Origin: an uncultured Planctomycetaceae bacterium
Lineage (GTDB): Bacteria; Planctomycetota; Planctomycetia; Pirellulales; PALSA-1355
Assembly (NCBI GenBank): GCA_963791755.1
Contig: CAWBTK010000005.1
Location: 100,508-164,507, forward strand
Direction of reading: 5' to 3'
DNA: 64,000 nt
Shown here in pieces: positions 20,602-28,690 of this stretch. The translations under genes were made by a program, and so were the position numbers. Every line of letters begins with the position of its first letter. Positions within the stretch are counted from its first letter, which is position 1. The notes below the pieces were generated by a model that worked only from the letters and a program-made list of their open reading frames with translations, had not been told where the DNA came from and made no database searches.

Positions 20602-23600
20602 ATGAATCGCAAATCTCTCTTCGGCCGCCTTTCGGCTTCAACGATTGTAAGCCGACCAGCCGAGCGCCAATCATATTTTCGTTTGCAGCTCGAGCCGCTC
20701 GAAGACAGAAAGCTGCTCACGGTGGCGACCACCTACGTTAACGACAACTGGTACGATACGTCGACCACCGATGGTATTGTCCGCCCTGGCGACGGGATGA
20801 TAAACCTGAATGACACGATTAATCCTGGCGCCATCTTCGGGACGTACGGCACCAGCGCGTTCGGTCTCGCCACGAAATGGAACGGCGGGTCGATCTCAAG
20901 TAACCCAACTAACTATTCGACGACCGCCTACCAGACGATTCATGCCGCCATTCAGGGCACGAACCTGCTGAATGGCTCGGTCGATATTCTTGAAGGAACG
21001 TACAAAGAGTCGGACATCGTCATCGATCGCCCGCTGGCCTTTACCGGTGCCGGCAAGACCGGCGCCACCCGCACGCTGATCATTCCGGAAGACACCGCGA
21101 CTTCGGCGCTTGATGATTCGCAGGATTTCCCCGCCGGCATTCGCGAAGGCATCATCATTTATTCGCCCGACGTGACGGTCAGCAACATCGCGCTAGACGG
21201 CAACGGCAATGCGACGACCACCGCCAATGCCGGCCACACGCTCAACTACCACCAGGGCATCACAACGCTGTACGATCCGTCCATCGGAACGTACAGCTCG
21301 CTGCGTGACGGAAACCTGATTCCAAAGCGCTTGGGAAATCCGGTCGACTCTGTCGCGACTCGCACCCGGGCCAACATTGCCGTGCAGGATGTCGCGGTCA
21401 GCAATGTCTACTTTCACGGCATTACGCTGTCGGCTCTTGCCGGCGAACAGTGGGGCACCAACAACGGCGCGGGCCAGAACGTTGATCGGGCGATCGTGAC
21501 GAACGTCGGCGACGTCGACGGACTGCACACTCAAAACGAAAAACATGTCGGTATCTTGATTCAGAACGTCGACAACGGCCCGTTCGGCGCCCCGGCCGAC
21601 GGTAACATCCGCTACTCGACCGTCACCAACGCCGGCACCGGCATCAAGACCGGCGTTTTTGGCACCGCAAGTTACAATTCGCAAGCCGCTGCCCGCATCC
21701 GTGCCGGCATGATCCAGAACACCGTCATCGACGCCGTCAAACGCGGATATGAGATGGACTTTATGGACGGCAGCGAAGGCCTTCGTGGCAACGTCGCCAC
21801 GTTTAACAACCTCAGCAACAATGCCGAAGGCGTCTACCTCAACCACTCGCGAGCCCTGCTCACCGGCTTTGTGATCAATGGCGCCAAGGTCGGTATCCAT
21901 GTTCAGAACACGCCGCTCACCGGATCGGAAGTCGTGATCCTGGGCATCGGCGGTAACATCTTTACGGGCCCCGGCACGGGCGTCGCCGGCTCGGTCGGTC
22001 TGTTGATCGACAACTCGGCCTCCGAGTCCGACTCGTCCCGCGTCATGCTGGGTTCCGGCACGACGATCTCGGGATACCAGACTGGCGTTCGGGCCGAGCA
22101 AGTCGTACCCGACACCGTGGCCACCGACGGGTCTGGTCATACGGCCAGCCGTATCGAACTCGACATGGCCAATCCTAGCTTCGGCGTCAATGGCACCGGC
22201 ATCGTGTTGGGCAACGGCGCAACCATGTTCGGCAACTATAGCGGCACCTCGTCGTTGACGACCACCGGCAGTGCCATCGTTTCGCCGGGATATCCCAACT
22301 GGGCCAACTATGCTTACCTGGTGCCCGGCAATACAGGAAAGGACCAGAATCCCAGCACGGAGAATTCGCCGGCATTCTTGGCGCCCCCAACTTCCGACGT
22401 CATTAATACCGGTTCCGTCGCCCTCAACAGCGCGACTACGTTCACGCCGTTGCTCACGAATCAAGCGGGTACCACCCCGCTGTTCAATTTCAACGCGGCT
22501 TTGAACTTCCCGTTTGCGTTGGTTCCCGACGCGCCGAACGAAGCCTTGGTGCCCAGCCCCAACGGCGTGCTCTTCAACTGGTACGGTAACCTGACCCAGG
22601 ACGGCTCGGGCACGATCGTCTTGGGCGGTACGGCCACGAACGGCAAGGGTTTGGACTACGCCTTTGCTGGAAACAACAGCGGCCCGATCCCGAATACGAC
22701 TCCCACCCTGTATCAACTCCAGGGAACCGACATCAGCAACCGCACGACGCTGAATATCGTGGCCAAGAAACTGGCCACTAACCAGGCCGAGACCATTGGT
22801 ATCGGTTTGTTCGACGTTCGCGGAAATGCCAACTTGTGGACGTTCAAGATGGCGGACCTCAGTTCGACCGCCTACACCACGCTCAAGGTCAACCTGCTCG
22901 CGCCGTCGATCGACTTGACCGGGCCGGACAGCCATATCGACTTGACGAAGATTGCCGGCTGGGTGTTTGGTGGCGATCAGGGCGCGGTCAACGGAAATCA
23001 GAACGTGCCCCTCGGTTTCATTGTCGACGACATGTACGCCGACAGCATCGGCAGTTCGCAGTTGAATGTGACCGGAAGCGTGAACCTGGGATTGTCTACG
23101 TTGAATCTGTCAGCGTCGCCAACCTTCGTGCCTTCCGCCGGCCAGCAGTTCGTCATCGTCAACAACGATGGTGCGGACGCGGTCACCAGTTCGTTCGCCG
23201 GATTTGCTCAGGGTTCGACCACCGTCATTGGCGGCCATACGTTCTCGATCAGCTACACTGGCGGAACCGGAAACGACGTAGTCCTGACCGAAGAGTCCCC
23301 GATTCTGGACCTCAACGGCGCCAGCGCCGGCACCGGATTCACAAACGATTGGTCGAAGATCCTTGCCGCACCGGTCGACATCACGGCTTCATCCGCCGCG
23401 ACGGTCAACGATGGCGGCGGCACGCTGGTCTCGCTGTCCGCCCAGATTACCAACTGGCACACCGGCGACATCCTGTTGGCCACGCCTCCCGGCGGCAGCG
23501 GCATCACCGCCAGTTGGAACGCCGGCACCAATACTTTGCAGCTCACCGGCTCGTCGAGCGCGGCCAACTACCAGACGGCTCTACGCTCCATCAAGTACAA

Positions 23601-26600
23601 CAACTCGGCCGGCGGCGCTGGCGTCAGCCCGGTCAATATCACCGTCACGGCCAGCGACGGCACGTACACCAGCGCCCCGGTGCTGGCGACGATTACCGAT
23701 CCGGCTCCGCAGCTCGATTTGAACGGCGCGACGGGTGGCACGGGCGGTCAAGCGGCCTGGACTGTCGGCGCCGGCGCGGTCAATATTACCGAGGTCGATG
23801 CGACCGTTACCGACGCCGACGACACGACCCTGGCCTCGATGACCGCCACGATCACCGTTGGGGTGAATATCAACAATTCGCTCACGTTCGATACCACCGG
23901 AACTTCGATTACCGGTACCTACAATGCCGGTACCAGCGTATTGAGCCTCACCGGCACGGATACGATTGACCACTATCAGCAAGTTCTGCGCACGATTAAG
24001 TACAACAACAGTGGCGACCCGGGCGTGAACGAAATTCGCGTCAGCTTCGTCGCCAGCGACGGCGTCGTGACCGGACCGGCGCAACTGTCGATCATCACCG
24101 TCAACCTGCCCTTGGTCGTCGACCTCGCGGGCACGGCCGGCTTGGACAACACGACGAGCTGGGTCAACAACGGTCCGATCAACATCGCCGATATCTCTTC
24201 GGCAATCGTGACGGACACCGTCGACGGGTCGCCCGATAACATCGTGATTACGATCACCAATCCGCACGCCGGCGACATCCTGACCGCCACGGACTCCGGT
24301 GGCGTCACGTCGTCGTGGGACGCGACTAGCAACACGATGACTCTCACCGGCAATGTGGCGGCCGCCAATTATCAAACTGTGTTGAGAACGGTCAAGTACA
24401 ACAACACATTCGGCGGGCCGGGTGTTTCGGTCAACGTCGGCACGGTGAACATTAACGTCGTCGGGCACAGCGGAGCCGTGACTTCGCGCACCGCGGTGTC
24501 GCACATTGTCGTTCCACCAGTGATCGATCTCAACGGCACGACTGGCGTTCAGTCCGCCGGCAACGGCTTCAACGCGACCTGGTCGAACAGCGGTTCGATC
24601 AGCATCACCGATACCGATGCAACCGTGATTTCGCCGGGGCGGCCGAACTTGATCTACATGACGGTCAAGATCACCCAAAACGGCACCAACGGCATCACCG
24701 AGTTCCATACCGGCGACGTGCTGACCGCCAGCACGGCGGGCTTGCCGATTACGCAGACGTACAGCAACGGCGTGTTGACCCTCACGGGCGAAGCCACGCC
24801 GGCCCAGTACCAACAGGTATTGCGTACCATCAAGTACAACAATACCAATGGCGGTCCCGGCGCCGGGGCTCAAATCTTTGTCGAATTCCTGACCGATGAC
24901 GACGACCACAAGAGCACCGTGTCCACTTCGACGATCACGATTAGCGTCCCGTTGTCGGTCGACCTCAACGGCCCGTCCGGCGGAACCGGCTTCATCAACA
25001 ACGTCAGCCCTTGGACGACGTCCGGATCGCCTCAGGCTCCGTTGAGCGCGACAACCGCTCGAGTTACCGACACGGGCGGCACCGATTACACCACAGCCAC
25101 GGGTCGAAACCTGACCTCGATGACTGCGACGATCGGCACCGACCTGGCCAAGAGCGGCGGCGTGCATCAGGGGGACATCCTGACGGCGACCAGCTTGGTC
25201 GGCGGCATCACCCAGAGCTACAACGCGCTGACCGGCGTGTTGACCCTCACCGGCAACAGCTCCTCGGCCAACTACCAGACCGTGTTGCGGAGCATTCGCT
25301 ACGACAACAGCAGCGCGTTTGGCGGACCGGGCGCCGACTTCGTGTATATCTGGTTCGTGGGCGTGGACACGCTCAATATTCACAGCAACGCCGCGCTGGG
25401 ACAACTCGATATCAACTCGAAGGAGAATATCGACCTGAATGGACCGGCGGTGGGTAGTGACTACGCCACCACCTGGACCAACTCCGGTCCGGTCAATCTG
25501 ACCACCAACGATGCCACGGTGAAGGACGGCGATCGGGCTTACCTGACGTCGATGACCGTCAACATCGGCAATCCGCACGCGGGGGACGGGCTCTCGGCGA
25601 TCGTCACCGGCACGAACATCGACGTCCAGGGGATTGGCTCCACGCAGTTGGTCTTCAACGCCAAGCCGCCGCTCAATACCGATGAGTTGGTGAACTGGCA
25701 GACGGTTCTGCGTAGCGTCCAATACTTCAATACCTTGGGCGGTCCAGGAGTGGGTCAGGTCTTTATTGACTTTGACTACACCGACAGCTTCGCGGCGGTC
25801 GGCACCACTCGAACCACGACCGTCAACATTAACGTTGTGTCTAATCAACCACCCGCCCTCGACTTGAATGGCGGCGTGGCGGGCACGGGCTTTGGCTCGA
25901 CGTGGACCAATACCGGGGCCGTCAACATCACCGACGCGGCTGTCGCTGCCGTCACCGATTCGGACAGCGCCAACCTGGCCTCGATCACGGCCACGATTAC
26001 CGGCGGCGCAAACGCCAACAATGTGCTGTCGGCTACCACCACCGGCACGTCGATCTCGGCGAGCTACAACGCCGGGTCTGGCGTCTTGACCCTCTCGGGT
26101 TCGGACACCTTGGCTCACTACCAGCAAGTTTTGCGAACTGTCAAGTACAACAATACCGCCGGTGGACCGGGCGCGGGCCCGGTGACGGTCAGCTTCGTCG
26201 CCAATGACGGTGCTCTCAACAGCACGCCCGTCGTGGCCACGATTTCGACCCGCACGGCTTCCGTTGCCAAACAGTTGCTGTTCTACAACCAGTCCGGCAC
26301 GTCGACTCGTTATGACCACAACGATCTGGCGATCAACTCGTTCGACGACTTGGCCATCGCCACCGACAAGACGGCCTACACGTGGGAGAATCCGGGTGCG
26401 GCCACGTTTGCCAACGTCTCCAGCTACACCAAGGGGATCAACGGCATCATGGTCGATATCGCCGGGCCCCACGGCACGATTACCGCCGCCGATTTCATCT
26501 TCCGCGTTGGTAATAACAACTCGCCCGGTTTGTGGACCACGGCCAATGCTCCTACCAGCATCTCGGTGCGGGCTGGGGCCGGCGTCAGCGGCTCGGATCG

Positions 26601-27285
26601 CGTCGAGATCATCTGGAACACCGGTGCTCCGTTCAAGCAGTGGCTCGAGGTCATTACCTTGGCCACCGACAACACGGGTCTGCCGCAGAAGGCCGGCTAT
26701 CCGGCGGGTCAGGCCGACGCGTTCTTCTTCGGCAATGCTCCGGGAAATACCGGCACCGGCGATACGGGATCCAACTCGCTGGTCAATTCGCTCGATGAGG
26801 CCGCCATCCGGGCCAACAACGCCTTGGTGAACGCGAACATTCCGATCACGAACGTCTACGACGTGGGTCGCAATGCCAGCGTGAACGTGGTCGATGAAAG
26901 TGCCGCTCGTTTGAACGGCACCAACCCGTCGACCACGCTCAAGTACCTCAACCTCACCACGGCTCCGGCGGCCCCCGAGGCCGACGGCGGCGATGTCAGC
27001 CCCTTGGTTGCGGGAGACAGTGCCTCTGGCGACAGCGGCGTGGCTTCGGCCTTGACGGCCTCGGCGCCGACGGCCGCCCCGGCTGGCCTGCCAAGGTGGA
27101 TTTTGAACCGGCTGGATAGCGTCGACCTGAATTCGGGCACCCCGGCCAAGTTGTTCCAGCACCTGCACGACGTCAACATGCCGGCCACTCGAGCCTTGCT
27201 ACAGAAGTTCGATGCCGCGGCGGATGCCCTGGGTCTGGACGACGAGCTGCTGGACTCGCTGCTGGCCGATTTGGGATTGGAATAG
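20602..27285 (+). CDS. giant (2227 aa) secreted surface/adhesin-like protein: N-terminal LEDR motif, parallel beta-helix region, 7 tandem ~135-157-aa modules, C-terminal planctomycete-type domain
   Basis: A single uninterrupted ORF. N-terminus: MNRKSLFGRLS...FRLQLEPLEDRKLLTV. Beta-helix-like segment: ILEGTYKESDIVIDRPLAFTGAG.... It also has FSISYTGGTGNDVVLTEE and seven LDLNG...YQxVLRxIKYNN modules. C-terminal region: KQLLFYNQS...GINGIMVDI...GSDRVEIIW...FFFGNAPGNTG. Confidence 0.9.
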   Translation: MNRKSLFGRLSASTIVSRPAERQSYFRLQLEPLEDRKLLTVATTYVNDNWYDTSTTDGIVRPGDGMINLNDTINPGAIFGTYGTSAFGLATKWNGGSISSNPTNYSTTAYQTIHAAIQGTNLLNGSVDILEGTYKESDIVIDRPLAFTGAGKTGATRTLIIPEDTATSALDDSQDFPAGIREGIIIYSPDVTVSNIALDGNGNATTTANAGHTLNYHQGITTLYDPSIGTYSSLRDGNLIPKRLGNPVDSVATRTRANIAVQDVAVSNVYFHGITLSALAGEQWGTNNGAGQNVDRAIVTNVGDVDGLHTQNEKHVGILIQNVDNGPFGAPADGNIRYSTVTNAGTGIKTGVFGTASYNSQAAARIRAGMIQNTVIDAVKRGYEMDFMDGSEGLRGNVATFNNLSNNAEGVYLNHSRALLTGFVINGAKVGIHVQNTPLTGSEVVILGIGGNIFTGPGTGVAGSVGLLIDNSASESDSSRVMLGSGTTISGYQTGVRAEQVVPDTVATDGSGHTASRIELDMANPSFGVNGTGIVLGNGATMFGNYSGTSSLTTTGSAIVSPGYPNWANYAYLVPGNTGKDQNPSTENSPAFLAPPTSDVINTGSVALNSATTFTPLLTNQAGTTPLFNFNAALNFPFALVPDAPNEALVPSPNGVLFNWYGNLTQDGSGTIVLGGTATNGKGLDYAFAGNNSGPIPNTTPTLYQLQGTDISNRTTLNIVAKKLATNQAETIGIGLFDVRGNANLWTFKMADLSSTAYTTLKVNLLAPSIDLTGPDSHIDLTKIAGWVFGGDQGAVNGNQNVPLGFIVDDMYADSIGSSQLNVTGSVNLGLSTLNLSASPTFVPSAGQQFVIVNNDGADAVTSSFAGFAQGSTTVIGGHTFSISYTGGTGNDVVLTEESPILDLNGASAGTGFTNDWSKILAAPVDITASSAATVNDGGGTLVSLSAQITNWHTGDILLATPPGGSGITASWNAGTNTLQLTGSSSAANYQTALRSIKYNNSAGGAGVSPVNITVTASDGTYTSAPVLATITDPAPQLDLNGATGGTGGQAAWTVGAGAVNITEVDATVTDADDTTLASMTATITVGVNINNSLTFDTTGTSITGTYNAGTSVLSLTGTDTIDHYQQVLRTIKYNNSGDPGVNEIRVSFVASDGVVTGPAQLSIITVNLPLVVDLAGTAGLDNTTSWVNNGPINIADISSAIVTDTVDGSPDNIVITITNPHAGDILTATDSGGVTSSWDATSNTMTLTGNVAAANYQTVLRTVKYNNTFGGPGVSVNVGTVNINVVGHSGAVTSRTAVSHIVVPPVIDLNGTTGVQSAGNGFNATWSNSGSISITDTDATVISPGRPNLIYMTVKITQNGTNGITEFHTGDVLTASTAGLPITQTYSNGVLTLTGEATPAQYQQVLRTIKYNNTNGGPGAGAQIFVEFLTDDDDHKSTVSTSTITISVPLSVDLNGPSGGTGFINNVSPWTTSGSPQAPLSATTARVTDTGGTDYTTATGRNLTSMTATIGTDLAKSGGVHQGDILTATSLVGGITQSYNALTGVLTLTGNSSSANYQTVLRSIRYDNSSAFGGPGADFVYIWFVGVDTLNIHSNAALGQLDINSKENIDLNGPAVGSDYATTWTNSGPVNLTTNDATVKDGDRAYLTSMTVNIGNPHAGDGLSAIVTGTNIDVQGIGSTQLVFNAKPPLNTDELVNWQTVLRSVQYFNTLGGPGVGQVFIDFDYTDSFAAVGTTRTTTVNINVVSNQPPALDLNGGVAGTGFGSTWTNTGAVNITDAAVAAVTDSDSANLASITATITGGANANNVLSATTTGTSISASYNAGSGVLTLSGSDTLAHYQQVLRTVKYNNTAGGPGAGPVTVSFVANDGALNSTPVVATISTRTASVAKQLLFYNQSGTSTRYDHNDLAINSFDDLAIATDKTAYTWENPGAATFANVSSYTKGINGIMVDIAGPHGTITAADFIFRVGNNNSPGLWTTANAPTSISVRAGAGVSGSDRVEIIWNTGAPFKQWLEVITLATDNTGLPQKAGYPAGQADAFFFGNAPGNTGTGDTGSNSLVNSLDEAAIRANNALVNANIPITNVYDVGRNASVNVVDESAARLNGTNPSTTLKYLNLTTAPAAPEADGGDVSPLVAGDSASGDSGVASALTASAPTAAPAGLPRWILNRLDSVDLNSGTPAKLFQHLHDVNMPATRALLQKFDAAADALGLDDELLDSLLADLGLE
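23305..26250 (+). repeat. seven tandem in-frame coding modules inside the giant gene
   Basis: The [LIV]DL[NA]G module starts are at 23305, 23713, 24118, 24523, 24958, 25429 and 25858 (spacings 405-471 nt). Each module ends with ...A.YQ.[AV]LR[ST][IV][KR/Q]Y[NDF]N...GGPG....[IV].[VF]...DG. Confidence 0.85.
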
Positions 27286-27345
27286 TCGGTCCTGACCGCC
27301 CTGCAGAGGGGCAGGGAGTTGAGTAGAATTTTCCAGAGATTTCGA

Positions 27346-27373
27346 TTGCAAAAAGGAAAGTGCTAATTACAAT
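27346..27373 (+). promoter_or_regulatory. candidate sigma70-like promoter (TTGCAA-N16-TACAAT) for the PEP-CTERM gene
   Basis: Read directly in the AT-rich 27286-27539 spacer, about 165 nt upstream of the ATG at 27540. Confidence 0.35.
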
Positions 27374-27539
27374 AAAGTCCAACATTGAGTTTTAAGGGGC
27401 TTCGTCCCCTATTGGGTGGCTTAGATGACAAGGATGTCCCAAGGTTTTGTGTGACGGCGAGGGATCGGGGATTGACGTTCAGTCCAACCCGCGCCATGAA
27501 GTGAACAACGTGAAAATAAATCCAAAAAGGAGCGCGTGT

Positions 27540-28199
27540 ATGCAACGAACAGTTGGTTTATCTCTTGCCATCCTGCTCTGCCTGACGGCAGTTGCCCAGG
27601 CTGTGCCTACAGTTGTGGTTGGCAATCACATCTTGCAGCCGAATATGGCGGGCCAGACGATTCAGATCAGCGTGAGCGGCATTGTCCCCAATGCCACCAC
27701 GAGCCCAGCCGACGACAGCAATGTGAACGGTGGGTTGTTTTCCTTTTCTGTGGACGGCGGCGGACCGAATTACGGCAATCCGGCCGGCCCGATCATTACC
27801 AACATGGACTTCTTGTCGGGTCCCACCATTTGGGTAGCCCCGAGCACTCCGTCCGGTATTGGTACTCCGGCTGACTACTACGACCCCAGCAACCAGTTGG
27901 CTAGCTCTGGCTTCCTGACGCTGTCAAATGGTTTCGTTAACGTCACCGGCGGTTTGCTGGTCACGTTGACGATTGACACGACCGGCTTTGGTCCGGGCGT
28001 GCACGGCTTGGAGATGATTAGCCTTGCTTTGGAAGACCAGACCGGTGTGACGCAGTTCACCGGTGGTAACAGCGTGCAGGACATCACCAACGGCCAGATC
28101 ACCATCGTCCCCGAGCCTAGCTCGGTGGTCCTTGGCTTGTTCGCGGTCGCCGGTTTGGGCGCTGTTGCAATCCGCAAGCGTCGTGCCCGTCGTGCCTAA
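27540..28199 (+). CDS. PEP-CTERM-anchored secreted protein (219 aa)
   Basis: ATG at 27540 with an AAGGAG RBS 8 nt upstream. Signal peptide: MQRTVGLSLAILLCLTAVAQA. The C-terminus ...ITIVPEPSSVVLGLFAVAGLGAVAIRKRRARRA is a PEP motif, then a TM helix, then a basic tail. Confidence 0.85.
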   Translation: MQRTVGLSLAILLCLTAVAQAVPTVVVGNHILQPNMAGQTIQISVSGIVPNATTSPADDSNVNGGLFSFSVDGGGPNYGNPAGPIITNMDFLSGPTIWVAPSTPSGIGTPADYYDPSNQLASSGFLTLSNGFVNVTGGLLVTLTIDTTGFGPGVHGLEMISLALEDQTGVTQFTGGNSVQDITNGQITIVPEPSSVVLGLFAVAGLGAVAIRKRRARRA

Positions 28200-28234
28200 A
28201 CGGCCGACTGGTATTATGTAGTAACGAATTGAAG

Positions 28235-28267
28235 CCGCACGTGGAGAAATCCACGTGCGGTTTTTTT
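28235..28267. terminator. bidirectional-looking intrinsic terminator between convergent genes
   Basis: Stem CCGCACGTGGA (28235-28245), loop GAAA, stem TCCACGTGCGG (28250-28260), followed by T7 (28261-28267). Confidence 0.8.
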
Positions 28268-28309
28268 ATTGCGCTGGCGGTCGCTTTGGCTGTCAATGTC
28301 CGCAAGCCG

Positions 28310-28597
28310 CTAATGATCCGACTCGGCCGGCTCCTCGTAGTCGACCGCGTCGGCGTCGACCGGGGCCGCGTAGTCGTCCAGTTCGGACATCTCCGGCGCC
28401 AGCGTGGGCGTCATTTGCGTGTCGACGCTGTCGTCCATGGGTTCGAAGACCGAACCGCGGCGAGCGCCGAAGTTGCAATTCGGCCCGTTGGGGCCCTCGA
28501 CCGGACTGCAATAGTCGAAAGGGGTTTGGCACATGGCACAGCCGGCCAGCGCGGCGAAAAGCGCCAGCCCGACCAGGGCCGAACAGCGACGTATCAT
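28310..28597 (-). CDS. small Cys-rich lipoprotein with acidic tail
   Basis: ATG at 28597 after a GAGGAG RBS. MIRRCSALVGLALFAALAGC (lipobox LAGC), then CQTPFDYCSPVEGPNGPNC and a D/E-rich C-terminus. Confidence 0.65.
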   Translation of the reverse strand: MIRRCSALVGLALFAALAGCAMCQTPFDYCSPVEGPNGPNCNFGARRGSVFEPMDDSVDTQMTPTLAPEMSELDDYAAPVDADAVDYEEPAESDH

Positions 28598-28690
28598 CTG
28601 AGGCTCCTCGACTGTTTCCACCGAGTACCAGGCCGCTTGGCTGAAGCCCGCCGTGCTTCCGGAATCGAAGCGTCCGGCGCTGGCGAAGTG

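Noticed and set aside
21193-27168. Very long minus-strand ORFs (21193..22935, 580 aa; 23581..27168, 1195 aa) opposite the giant gene.
   Set aside because: Their translations are Arg/Gly/Asp-rich low-complexity sequence with no recognisable motif. They lie exactly antisense to a clearly coding plus-strand ORF with domain structure. This is a typical stop-codon-poor shadow frame in GC-rich DNA.
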